NCBI GenBank assembly: GCA_022826665.1
Contig: JAJDUK010000043.1
Coordinates: 4,047 to 68,046, forward strand
Length of the DNA: 64,000 nt
Origin: Alphaproteobacteria bacterium
Lineage (GTDB): Bacteria; Pseudomonadota; Alphaproteobacteria; UBA828
Reading direction: 5' to 3'
Part shown: piece after piece, positions 26,634-35,863 of the stretch
How the letters are laid out: each line of letters starts with the position of its first letter
Position numbering within the stretch: the first letter of the stretch is position 1
The notes under the pieces: model-generated
Database searches by the model: none
The model's input: the letters and a program-made list of their open reading frames with translations, nothing else
Told to the model about the DNA's origin: nothing
Translations under genes and position numbers: made by a program

Positions 26634-27641
26634 CTACGCCCGCGCCGCCTCGGCCAGGAAGGTGGGGTCTTCGCCGCGCCAGAGCATGGCGAGGAGTTCG
26701 AGATTCACGGCGATATAGCCGGGCGCGATGTCGTTGATACCGGCGAGCTTGGAGTCCGGCCGCTCGCGCAGCTCCCGATTCAGCGCACCCAGATTGTGAA
26801 AGGGCACGCCGGGGAAGAGGTGGTGCTCGGTGTGGTAGGGCATCTGCCACATCAGCCAGCGCAGGATCGGGCCGGCGCGGGTCGTGCGCGTGCTCCCGAT
26901 CACGCCCTGCCCGTTGGGCAGGCCGTGGTGCTCGGCCGCGACGTAGAAGCGATAGAAGCACGTGGTGACGATCATCGGCCCCCACACGCAGATCAGCGCC
27001 GCCCAGCTCTCGAAGTAGACCGAGAGTGCGACGACGGCCGCGTAGCCGAGCAGGTAGAGCCGCGCTTCTCGGATTACGATGCGCCGCTCCTTCTCCCGGA
27101 GAAAGGGTTCGGGCGCATGGCCGAAGGCGTGTTCCACAATGTTACGGATCAGCGCGATCCAGAGGGCCAGGCCGGCCACGAACTTGAGATAGCGCCAGAA
27201 CGTCCACGGCTTTTGGACCAAGAGTTCCGGGTCGTGACCGGCGACCTTGGTGTGGCGGTGATGAGCGAAATGGAAGAAGCGCTGGTAGTTGTGGGCGTAG
27301 AAGCGGGGGAAGCTCGCCAGGTGGCCGAAGGCGTCGTTGAGGGTCCGGTTGCGGAAGACGGTCCAATGCCCGAGCTCGTGCTGGCCCGCGTAGCAGAAGC
27401 CCCAGAGGATCACGCCCTGGGCCACGAACAGCGGCACCATCCACCAGCTCCCCCAAAGCACGTGGATCGCGTAGCCGATGAGTCCCGCGGCGCCAAGCTG
27501 GCTCAGGGTCTGGAGCCAGCCCAGGAGGTCCGAGCGTCGCGACAGCGCCTTCAGGCGCGGCGCCTCGATCAGGTCCTTGCGGGCAATCCAGTCGTCCATC
27601 ACGTCACCTGGTTCGACGCGCGTCGACCACTGTACGCCCAC
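26634..27641 (-). CDS. membrane fatty-acid desaturase (three His-box di-iron type)
   Basis: His boxes HELGH, HHRHT, HTEHH plus hydrophobic segments. Alternative start MDDWIARKD at complement(27597..27599) lies 4 nt after the upstream stop and would give tight coupling. Confidence 0.85.
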   Translation of the reverse strand: MGVQWSTRVEPGDVMDDWIARKDLIEAPRLKALSRRSDLLGWLQTLSQLGAAGLIGYAIHVLWGSWWMVPLFVAQGVILWGFCYAGQHELGHWTVFRNRTLNDAFGHLASFPRFYAHNYQRFFHFAHHRHTKVAGHDPELLVQKPWTFWRYLKFVAGLALWIALIRNIVEHAFGHAPEPFLREKERRIVIREARLYLLGYAAVVALSVYFESWAALICVWGPMIVTTCFYRFYVAAEHHGLPNGQGVIGSTRTTRAGPILRWLMWQMPYHTEHHLFPGVPFHNLGALNRELRERPDSKLAGINDIAPGYIAVNLELLAMLWRGEDPTFLAEAARA

Positions 27642-29265
27642 GCTCGATCAGTAGGAAGCGATTCGCGGCGGTGTGCTGCCAGGGGCCCCAGGTCCCGTCC
27701 GGCCACTGGACGCGAACCTCGGCGACTTCGTGCGGGCCAAGGCCGAAGTGGATCCAACCGGCCTGCCCGCTGACGTGGCCGCCGCCGACCACCACCTCGT
27801 GCCGCTGGATGCGGCCGGCGGTACGCACCTCGATCCAAGCGCTGATGGCGTTCCCGTTGGCGCTTTCCTGCTGCAGCATGACCTGAAGCCAGCGGCCGGC
27901 GCCCCGGCTCCGGTTGTGCAGAAGCTCGACGTTGGTCATGCGATTCACGACGACGATATCGAGCAGGCCGTCGAGGTCGAGGTCGATCACGGCTCCGCCG
28001 CGGCTCCGCCCCATGCTGGCCGCGCCTGCCTCCACCGAGGCCTCGCGGAAGCGGCCGTCCGGGCCACCCAAGAGCAGGTTGTTCGGGTCGTTCGCCGCGG
28101 CCTCCTCCATCTCCTCCACGTTGCCCTTGGCGACGAAGAGGTCGATCCAGCCGTCGTTGTTCACGTCGGCGAACTGCGAATGCCAGGCGGTCGACGGGCG
28201 CTCGTCGTCCCCGGCATGGGGGCGTTTGGCCTCCACGCCGCGTTCGAAGGCGATCTCGCGGAACTCCGGTCCAGCGATGGCGCCAGGTGCGAGCGTGCGC
28301 AGCCTGTTCGCTCCCATGTTGGAGAGGAAGTAGTCGGGCAGCCCGTCGCCGGTGAGGTCGTGGCTCGCGATCCCCATGCCCCAGATTCTGAGGCGCGGCC
28401 AGCCGTCGGCCCGGCCGTAGAGCCGGGGCTCGGCGCCCAGGTGCCAGAGCTGCTCCTCGCCGGTGTCCTCGTGATAGAAGCGGTCGTTGCTGACGCGCAG
28501 GTCCGGGCGCCCCGTGCGGCTCCAGTCGGAGAACAGCATCGAGAGCGGGCAATGGCCGGGGCTGAGGGGTATCACCGGCCCGTACGTCGCGGCCCCGGCG
28601 CTCGCCGGGCGGAACAGCACATTGTCGGGGCAGGCCGGGGTCGGCGCCTCCCCGATCGCCGAATCGCCGAAGGGCGTGTGCATGGCCGCCCACATGTCGC
28701 GGTCGACGTAGTCGCCGAAGGCGAGGGTCGGCAGCCGGTTAGCGCTTTCCCAGACGGCGCTGAAGGCGGTGGTCCAGCCGTCGCCGCCGGCAACGTCCCA
28801 AGCCTCGTCGGCGCGCGCGAAGCGGCAATCGCCGAGACCTCGGTAGAGCCGGTTCGCGCCCAGCCGGAGCACGGCGAGGTCCATCATACCGTCGCCGTCG
28901 ATATCCAACGGGTAGGCGCCGGTCACGCCGGTCTCGACGAGTTCGCTGTCGGAAATTGCGGAGAAGCGCAACGTGCCCGGCACACTGTCGTTACGGTAGA
29001 GCCGGGCCGGGCTCGCACCGCCGGCGAAGAAGAGGTCCGGGTCGCCGTCGGGGTCGCAATCGAATGCGGCGACACCACCGCCCACGTAGTGCGTCCAATC
29101 GCCGGTATAGGCGTGCTCCACCCCGGTTGCAGTGGCGACGTCGACAAAGCGCGGCGCAACAGGCTCGGTGAAGTCGGCAGCCTGCGAGCCGGCCGCGCCG
29201 GCAGCCACCGCCAGCACGGCCAGCATCGCGATGGCTGCGCTTGCACGCTTATGCCACCGCGTCAT
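27604..29265 (-). CDS. CRTAC1-family (ASPIC/UnbV, FG-GAP repeat) secreted protein
   Basis: 553 aa. N-terminal signal peptide (AIAMLAVLAVAAGAAGSQA) and repeated DxDGDG FG-GAP/VCBS-like calcium-binding motifs (DCDPDGDPD, DIDGDGMMD, DLTGDGLPD, DVNNDGWID, DLDLDGLLD). Confidence 0.75.
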   Translation of the reverse strand: MTRWHKRASAAIAMLAVLAVAAGAAGSQAADFTEPVAPRFVDVATATGVEHAYTGDWTHYVGGGVAAFDCDPDGDPDLFFAGGASPARLYRNDSVPGTLRFSAISDSELVETGVTGAYPLDIDGDGMMDLAVLRLGANRLYRGLGDCRFARADEAWDVAGGDGWTTAFSAVWESANRLPTLAFGDYVDRDMWAAMHTPFGDSAIGEAPTPACPDNVLFRPASAGAATYGPVIPLSPGHCPLSMLFSDWSRTGRPDLRVSNDRFYHEDTGEEQLWHLGAEPRLYGRADGWPRLRIWGMGIASHDLTGDGLPDYFLSNMGANRLRTLAPGAIAGPEFREIAFERGVEAKRPHAGDDERPSTAWHSQFADVNNDGWIDLFVAKGNVEEMEEAAANDPNNLLLGGPDGRFREASVEAGAASMGRSRGGAVIDLDLDGLLDIVVVNRMTNVELLHNRSRGAGRWLQVMLQQESANGNAISAWIEVRTAGRIQRHEVVVGGGHVSGQAGWIHFGLGPHEVAEVRVQWPDGTWGPWQHTAANRFLLIERGRTVVDARRTR

Positions 29266-29286
29266 GGCGTTCGGTCCTCGGAGAAT

Positions 29287-30345
29287 CTAGTCGGGCGCGG
29301 CCGAGCGTCGTCGTAGTCTCTCGGCCAATTGCTGCTCGATGCGCTGGACCAGTGGTATCCGCTGCAGGCGCTTACAGACGGATTCGATCGCGCCGGCGAC
29401 GCCCTCGGGCAGGAAGATCATGAAGAGCAGGACCACCACCCCGAGGCCGATATTGCGCAGGTCGGAGAACTCCTTGAAGAACTCGTCGGCGACCATCAGC
29501 AGCCCGGCGCCCAGCAGCGGCCCCCAGAGTCGCCCGATGCCGCCGACTACGAGCATCGAGATCAAGAAGAGCAGCAGCGCGAAGCCCACGAGGTTCGAGC
29601 CGACCGAGCCGAAATGCGCCGCGTAGAAGGCGCCTGCCATGGAGGTCAGGAAGGCCGAGGCGGCGAAGACAATGAGCTGGTACTTGAAGACGCTCACCCC
29701 GCGGGAGGTGGCGAGTTCCTCGTTGTCACGCAGCGCCTTGAAGGCGAGGCCGATGCGGCTCTGGGTCATCGCCGCGGTGAAGACGAGCGCGACGATGAGG
29801 AGGCCCAGCATCGTGTAGTAGTCGCCCATCATCCAGTTGCGCCCGCCCAGCACCTCGCGCCAGCCGAAGGTGCCGAAGTCGCCGAGTCCCTGCGCGCCGC
29901 CCGTAAACGAGACGCAGGTCGCCGGATTGATGACCTTGTTGAGCGCGCTGCAGTCGGAGTCCGTCTGGATCAGCACGAACATGGTCTGCGAGATGGCGAG
30001 CGTCAGCAGGGCGACGTAGATGCCCCGCATCCTGAGACAGGCGAGACCGATGAAGATGCTGAACACCACGCCCGCGGCGCCGGCAACGGGGAAGGTGGGC
30101 CACAGGCTCCAGTCGAGATAGCGTCCCATCAGCGCCGACGTGTAGGCGCCGAAGGCGAAGATCGCGAGCTGCGCCAGCGAGAAGATGCCAGCCACGCCGA
30201 ACACCAGGTTCCACTGGCTGACCACGGTCGCGTAGCAGAAGAGCAGCAGCGCGCTCGCGATGATGTAGCGAGGCACGCCCATGAAGGGGAATGCCGCCGC
30301 CACTGCCAGCAGAATGGCGAAGAGGATGTAATCGCGAGTCTTCAT
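29287..30345 (-). CDS. branched-chain amino acid/amide ABC transporter permease (LivM/UrtC-like)
   Basis: 352-aa polytopic protein of the LivM family. Confidence 0.85.
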   Translation of the reverse strand: MKTRDYILFAILLAVAAAFPFMGVPRYIIASALLLFCYATVVSQWNLVFGVAGIFSLAQLAIFAFGAYTSALMGRYLDWSLWPTFPVAGAAGVVFSIFIGLACLRMRGIYVALLTLAISQTMFVLIQTDSDCSALNKVINPATCVSFTGGAQGLGDFGTFGWREVLGGRNWMMGDYYTMLGLLIVALVFTAAMTQSRIGLAFKALRDNEELATSRGVSVFKYQLIVFAASAFLTSMAGAFYAAHFGSVGSNLVGFALLLFLISMLVVGGIGRLWGPLLGAGLLMVADEFFKEFSDLRNIGLGVVVLLFMIFLPEGVAGAIESVCKRLQRIPLVQRIEQQLAERLRRRSAAPD

Positions 30346-30355
30346 CGTTCTGCCG

Positions 30356-31249
30356 TTACTGGCGCGCGATCTGGTGTTTGCCGAAGAGCCCGGCGGGGCG
30401 CCAGATGATCGCGATCACCACCACGACGAGCATGGCGAGGAAGCCCCACTTGTCAGCCACGAGCACCTTCACCGCCGCTTCCACCATGCCGATCAGGAGT
30501 GCCGCATAGAGTGCGCCGGTCATGTTGCCGAGGCCGGCGAGCACGATGACGATGAACGCCTTGAGCATGGGCGTCTGGCCCATCAGCGGCACCACGTCCT
30601 TGAAGGAGCTCAGCATGATGCCGGCGACGCCCGCGAGGCCGCTCGCGAGTGCCAGCACGATGACGTAGACGCGCTTCACCTTGACACCCATGAGCCGCGC
30701 AGCGTCGCGGTTCTGCGCGGTCGCCCGGATCGCGCGGCCCATGGTCGTGCGGGTGAGGAAGAGTGCGACGAGGACGATGAGCGCTACGGCAACCGCCCAG
30801 ATGATGAGGCGCTGATAGCTGACCGGGACGTCGCCCACGAGGAATGAATCGGCGCCGAGCGAGAGCGGCTGGGCGTAGGGTGCGGCTTGGAACAGCTCGC
30901 GCAGCAACTTCATCAGGCCCGCTTCCAGCGCCATGCCGAGGCCGAAGGTGGCAATGATGATCGTCACCTCGAAGTTCTTCTGCGTCAGCATCCAGTGGGC
31001 CGAGATGAAATAGATGATCGCACCCACGATCCCGCCCGCGAGGAAGGCAAAGGGACCCGCGAACCACAGCGGCAAACCGAACAACTCCGCCCAGACCAGG
31101 ACGAAATAGGCGCCCAAGGTCATGATGATGCCGTGGGCCATGTTGAGCATGTTGAACGCGCCCCAGACGAGGGCGAGCCCAACCGCCGCGAGTGCATACA
31201 TGGCGCCGAAGGTGAGGCCGCTGACGATGATCTGAATGAAGAAGTTCAC
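30356..31249 (-). CDS. branched-chain amino acid/amide ABC transporter permease (LivH/UrtB-like)
   Basis: 297-aa LivH-type permease. Confidence 0.85.
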   Translation of the reverse strand: MNFFIQIIVSGLTFGAMYALAAVGLALVWGAFNMLNMAHGIIMTLGAYFVLVWAELFGLPLWFAGPFAFLAGGIVGAIIYFISAHWMLTQKNFEVTIIIATFGLGMALEAGLMKLLRELFQAAPYAQPLSLGADSFLVGDVPVSYQRLIIWAVAVALIVLVALFLTRTTMGRAIRATAQNRDAARLMGVKVKRVYVIVLALASGLAGVAGIMLSSFKDVVPLMGQTPMLKAFIVIVLAGLGNMTGALYAALLIGMVEAAVKVLVADKWGFLAMLVVVVIAIIWRPAGLFGKHQIARQ

Positions 31250-31267
31250 TGCGCGTCCTCGATGCCC

Positions 31268-31984
31268 TCAGCCGCCGAGATAGGTCTCGAGGACTTGCTG
31301 GTTGTTTTGGAGCTCCTTGCCGTCGCCGGCCCAGACGATATGGCCCGTGTCGAGCAGGTGGATGCGATCGGCGAGATCGATGATCCGGCTCGCATTCTCC
31401 TCTACCAGGAGGATCGTGCGTCCCGACGCCTTGAGGTCGGTAATGATCTCGTAAATCTGGTCGATGACGATGGGCGCGAGGCCGAGCGAGGGTTCGTCGA
31501 TCATCAGGATGCGCCCGCCGGCGAGCAGTCCGCGACCGATGGCGAGCATGCGCCGCTCGCCGCCGGAGAGCGTGCGCGCGAGCTGCGTCGTGCGCTCCTT
31601 CAGTCGGGGCAGGATCTCATAGATATTCTCGACATCCTGGTCGAAGGTCTTGCGCACCCGGGGCAGGTAGGCGCCCATCTTGAGGTTGTCGTAGACGCTC
31701 ATGTCGGGGAACAGCATGTCCCCCTGAGGGATCAGGACGACGCCCAGCCCGACGACCGTTTCCGCCTCGGCGCCCTCGATCCGCCGTCCTGCAAAATGGA
31801 TGTGGCCGCCGCTCGGTCGAAGCAAGCCCGCTATGCAGCGCAGCAGCGTGGTCTTGCCGTGCCCGTTGGGGCCGAGCATGCTGATGAGCCCGCCTTCGGG
31901 CACATCGAAAGAGACGTCCTTCAGGACGCTCTGTCCTTCGTACCCCGCGTACAGGTTTTGAACGGAGAGGAGGGGCTCAGCCAT
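31268..31984 (-). CDS. ABC transporter ATP-binding protein (LivF/UrtE-like)
   Basis: Walker A GPNGHGKTT, signature LSGGERRML, Walker B MIDEP. Confidence 0.9.
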   Translation of the reverse strand: MAEPLLSVQNLYAGYEGQSVLKDVSFDVPEGGLISMLGPNGHGKTTLLRCIAGLLRPSGGHIHFAGRRIEGAEAETVVGLGVVLIPQGDMLFPDMSVYDNLKMGAYLPRVRKTFDQDVENIYEILPRLKERTTQLARTLSGGERRMLAIGRGLLAGGRILMIDEPSLGLAPIVIDQIYEIITDLKASGRTILLVEENASRIIDLADRIHLLDTGHIVWAGDGKELQNNQQVLETYLGG

Positions 31985-32783
31985 TGGCGCCCGCCCGGTC
32001 CGCCAGCATGTGCTGCAAACGGTCTGCCGTGCCCTCGCCGAGATAGACCTCGACGACCCGCCGGTCGCTCAGCAGGCCTTCCGTGTCGCCCTCATAGATC
32101 TTCTCACCGTGGTGCATGATGACGACGCGCGACGAAATCTGGAGCAGGAAGCGCATCACATGCTCGATCAGGATGATCGTCATGCCCTCCGCAGCGAGTC
32201 CGTCGACGATCTCCATCACGTCGTCGACCTCGTGCGGGTTGAGGCCGCCCACCGGCTCGTCGACCAGGAGGAGCTTGGGTTCGGTCGCCACCGCGCTTGC
32301 GAGCATCAGGAGCTTGCGTTCCAGCACCGGCACGTCGCGGGCGACCGCATCGGCGCGCTCGGTGAGCCGGCAGAGCTCCAGCGCGCGGTCCACCCGTTCG
32401 CGCATGGCCCGCGAGAAGGTCACAGCCGGCACGCCGCGGTCGCCAAGGCCGAAGGCCGAGCCGATCAGGACATTCTCCCGAATCGTCAGTGAATCGAAGC
32501 CCGCATTGAGCTGGAAGGTCCGCGCCATCCCCCGATGGCAGATGAGGTCGGGACGGAGCTTCGAAATATCCCGCCCCTGCAATTTGATCTCGCCGCTGGT
32601 CGCCGGATTGATGCCGGAGATCACGTCGAGGAACGTGGTCTTGCCGGCGCCATTGGGGCCGCCGATACCAACCACGTCGCCCACGTGAACGTCGAGATCG
32701 AAATCGTTCACCGCCACCAGCGCGCCGAAATACTTGAAGATGTTCCGGCACGCCAGCAGCGGTGTACTCTCCCCGGAAACCAT
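31977..32783 (-). CDS. ABC transporter ATP-binding protein (LivG/UrtD-like)
   Basis: Walker A GPNGAGKTT and Walker B LLLVDEP. Overlaps the downstream ATPase gene by 8 bp. Confidence 0.9.
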   Translation of the reverse strand: MVSGESTPLLACRNIFKYFGALVAVNDFDLDVHVGDVVGIGGPNGAGKTTFLDVISGINPATSGEIKLQGRDISKLRPDLICHRGMARTFQLNAGFDSLTIRENVLIGSAFGLGDRGVPAVTFSRAMRERVDRALELCRLTERADAVARDVPVLERKLLMLASAVATEPKLLLVDEPVGGLNPHEVDDVMEIVDGLAAEGMTIILIEHVMRFLLQISSRVVIMHHGEKIYEGDTEGLLSDRRVVEVYLGEGTADRLQHMLADRAGANG

Positions 32784-32822
32784 CGAATGAACCGTGTTCC
32801 TATGCTTCCGGGGCGATGGAGC

Positions 32823-34223
32823 TTAGCTGGTGAGCCACGGCGGGGTCATCCAGTCGGCCGTGGCGTAGAGATCCGGCCCGACGAAGACCACGTCCTTGGT
32901 CCAATCCTGACACTGCATCATGATGGTCGGCATCCCGAGCGAGGGATCGGGCGTCTCAGCCGGATAGGGCTGCGCCGCCTGGCCCCACATGAACTTGATG
33001 GTGCCCACCACACCGCGATAAATCGATTCGCGCATGAGTGTGCAGACCTTCTTGTTCTGCTCGATGCCGTCGTAGGGCACGCCCGAGCCGCCGGCACGGC
33101 AGGCCGCGATCGCCCACAGGAAGTACGAGTCGTACACCTGCCCCCCGACCATCGGGGTCATATCCTCGCCCCAGCGGTCGCGGATCTTCCTCGAGAAGGT
33201 GTTGCCGATCTCGTCCTGCAAGGTGCCGATCGTGGTCGAGCAGAACACGCCTTGGCCGGTCTCCTTGACGATGTCGAGGAAGGCCCGCTGCTGCAGCGCG
33301 TACTGCACGTAGACCAGGCTGTTGGTCGGGTTCTCGGCGAAGCCGGTGACCAGGCCCGTCTGATCGGTCGGGAATCCGTGAGTCGCCGCGATGATTGCGG
33401 GGTCGGCCTCACGCGCACGCACCAGTGCCGGTCCCCAGTCATCGACCGGCTGGGTCACGACATCGTCGATCGCGAGCTCCCAGCCGAACTGCGGAGCCGT
33501 GTCGCGCACCGCAGCGGCGATGGTGATCGCATAGTCGATGCTGCCCGAGAAGAGCACGAACTTGTTGTTCGGGCGCTTCCACTTGCCGAGCTTCTCGAGC
33601 TCATCGAGGAAGTAGATCAGGCCCGAGCCGTAATAGTACTCGGATGGGTCGTCCTGGAAGATGCACCAGTAGCGATCCGGATTGTCTCTCACCGCGAACT
33701 GGTGTCCGTACTGCGTGTTGTCGTGCATGTACGGAATGCCCGCGTCCGCGATGGTGTCGTACTCCGCTCGGACCGAGAGCGAGTTGTAGCCGTTGATGAT
33801 GGCGTGCACTTCGTGCCGGTCGATCAGGCGCCGCGCGGCCGAGGTCACGGTCTCAGCGGTGATCTCCTTGGTGTCCTCGTAGTGGACCTCGATGGGCCGG
33901 CCGTGAATGCCGCCGTAGGAGTTGATCTCCTCCACCGCCAAGGTGATGCCCGCCTCGAAGTTGCGCGAATCCTCCGCGCCCCATCCGGTGTAAGGCAGCA
34001 TGGCGCCAACCGGGATCGGCTCGCCGTCTGCCTTCGCGCCGTTGTTGAGGGCGATCAGGGTGTTGGCCCCGGCCACGCCCATGGCGCCGATCGCCGCAGT
34101 GCCCGCCATCGACATGAAGCCGCGCCGCGACGGGTTCAGCGGATCGATCAGACCGCCAGAGGCCTTGATCTCCTCGTCGAACTTCTGCTTCTTCGTCTGC
34201 TTCCGTTTGTGAAACCACTCCAT
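32823..34223 (-). CDS. periplasmic substrate-binding protein of the Liv/amide-urea (type I PBP) family, Tat signal
   Basis: ATG preceded by GGGGAGG RBS. Tat-like SRRGFM motif followed by a hydrophobic h-region, then the LIV-binding-protein-like fold (IPVGAMLPYTG...). Confidence 0.8.
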   Translation of the reverse strand: MEWFHKRKQTKKQKFDEEIKASGGLIDPLNPSRRGFMSMAGTAAIGAMGVAGANTLIALNNGAKADGEPIPVGAMLPYTGWGAEDSRNFEAGITLAVEEINSYGGIHGRPIEVHYEDTKEITAETVTSAARRLIDRHEVHAIINGYNSLSVRAEYDTIADAGIPYMHDNTQYGHQFAVRDNPDRYWCIFQDDPSEYYYGSGLIYFLDELEKLGKWKRPNNKFVLFSGSIDYAITIAAAVRDTAPQFGWELAIDDVVTQPVDDWGPALVRAREADPAIIAATHGFPTDQTGLVTGFAENPTNSLVYVQYALQQRAFLDIVKETGQGVFCSTTIGTLQDEIGNTFSRKIRDRWGEDMTPMVGGQVYDSYFLWAIAACRAGGSGVPYDGIEQNKKVCTLMRESIYRGVVGTIKFMWGQAAQPYPAETPDPSLGMPTIMMQCQDWTKDVVFVGPDLYATADWMTPPWLTS

Positions 34224-34477
34224 CGAGCCGCCTCCCCTTGCTTGTGGTTCGAAGGTCGCACACCAGCCGACGGGCGAAGCGCCGCGCCGACCGGGTCTTC
34301 AAAGTTGTGGATGCGAGTTTAGCGAGGGCGCAGCAGAGGGCGCAAGCGCGCAAAGCCGCCGGTCTGACGGAGGCTATTGCCGCCGCCCGCTCTGCCCCGG
34401 CGCGTCGGCTGTCACGCGGTCGCGGGAGCCGCTACAAGGGCGGGCATGGAGACGGGAGAGGCGGGAGACGATCGGCC

Positions 34478-35863
34478 ATGAGCGACGACTGGCATCGGAT
34501 GAGCGCGCTTGCGCTCGGCGCGGGCATCGGGAGCGGCGCCATCGACCCGCGCGCGCTGACCGAGCACTTCCTCGAGCGAATCGAGGCTGCTGACGGGGAC
34601 CGCACGATCTACCTGCGGCTCACCGCCGAGCGCGCTCGCGCCGAGGCCGAGGTCGCCCACCGGCGCGCCCAGGTCGGGCTCAGACGATCCCCGCTCGACG
34701 GCGTGCCGATCTCGTGGAAGGACCTTTACGACAGTGCCGGCAACGTCACCGGCCACGGCACGCCGGCGCTGGCCGACCGCGTCGCCCGACGCGACGCAAC
34801 GGTTCTGGCGCGCGCCACCCGCGCGGGCCTGGTTTGCCTCGGCAAGACCAACCAGAGCGAGTTCGCCTTCTCCATCCTTGGACTCAATCCCAAGCTGGGC
34901 ACGCCGCCCAATCCCTTCGACGCCACCGTCGAGCGCCTGCCGGGCGGCTCGTCCTCCGGGGCGGCGGTTTCCCTCTCGCGCGGTCTCGCCGCCGCCGCCA
35001 TCGGTTCGGACACGGGCGGCTCCGTGCGCGTGCCGGCCGCGTGGAATGGCCTCGTCGGTCTCAAGACAAGCTTTGGGTTGCTGCCGCTGGACGGTGTGCT
35101 CGGGCTCAGCACCAGCATGGATACGGTGGGCCCGCTCACCCACGACGTGGCTGACGCCGCGGCGCTTTTCGCAGTCCTCGACGGACGCTTCGGCGCCGGC
35201 AACCGCCCGGCCCCCGATCTCGAAGGCGCCGCGCTCGACCGCGACCGCTTCACGCTGCCGACCACGCTCGTGTGGGAATCCCTCGATGCCGGGGTCGAGG
35301 CCGCGACGCGGGGCGCGGTCGAGCGCCTGCGTGCCGCCGGCTGCGCCATCGACGAGACGCCGGTGCCCGAGTTCGATGAGGCCGAGGCGCTGGTCGGCTG
35401 CCTCGGTCCCTATCACGCCGCCGAATGCCACGCGCTCTGGTACGACGTGATCGAGTCGCGGCCCGAGCAGGTCTACACGCCCATCCTGGAGCGCATTCGT
35501 TCCGGCGCAGAGATGTCGGCCACCGATGCCGCGCGGGCGAAGCAGGGACTCGGCGAGATTGCCGGACGCCTCCACGCGCGGATCAGGCGGCAGGGCGTTC
35601 TCGTCATGCCCACGGTGGCTGTGAGCGCGCCACCCATCGCCGACCTCGAAGCGGACTTCGAGGTCTACCGGGCCGCGAACGCCGCGATCCTGCGCAACAC
35701 GCGCCTGGCCAACTATCTCGCGTGCTGCGCTTTGACGCTCCCCTGCGGCCGGGACGGCAACGGCGTGCCGGTGGGTCTCATGCTGATGGCGCCTCCCGGC
35801 GACGAGGAGCGCTTGCTGCGCCTGGGGCGTGCTATCGAGCCTGTGCTGGCTGGCGACTCCTGA
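34478..35863 (+). CDS. amidase (amidase-signature family)
   Basis: 461 aa from ATG 34478. GGSSSGAA signature and the Ser-cisSer-Lys region (KTNQSEFAFS). Confidence 0.85.
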   Translation: MSDDWHRMSALALGAGIGSGAIDPRALTEHFLERIEAADGDRTIYLRLTAERARAEAEVAHRRAQVGLRRSPLDGVPISWKDLYDSAGNVTGHGTPALADRVARRDATVLARATRAGLVCLGKTNQSEFAFSILGLNPKLGTPPNPFDATVERLPGGSSSGAAVSLSRGLAAAAIGSDTGGSVRVPAAWNGLVGLKTSFGLLPLDGVLGLSTSMDTVGPLTHDVADAAALFAVLDGRFGAGNRPAPDLEGAALDRDRFTLPTTLVWESLDAGVEAATRGAVERLRAAGCAIDETPVPEFDEAEALVGCLGPYHAAECHALWYDVIESRPEQVYTPILERIRSGAEMSATDAARAKQGLGEIAGRLHARIRRQGVLVMPTVAVSAPPIADLEADFEVYRAANAAILRNTRLANYLACCALTLPCGRDGNGVPVGLMLMAPPGDEERLLRLGRAIEPVLAGDS

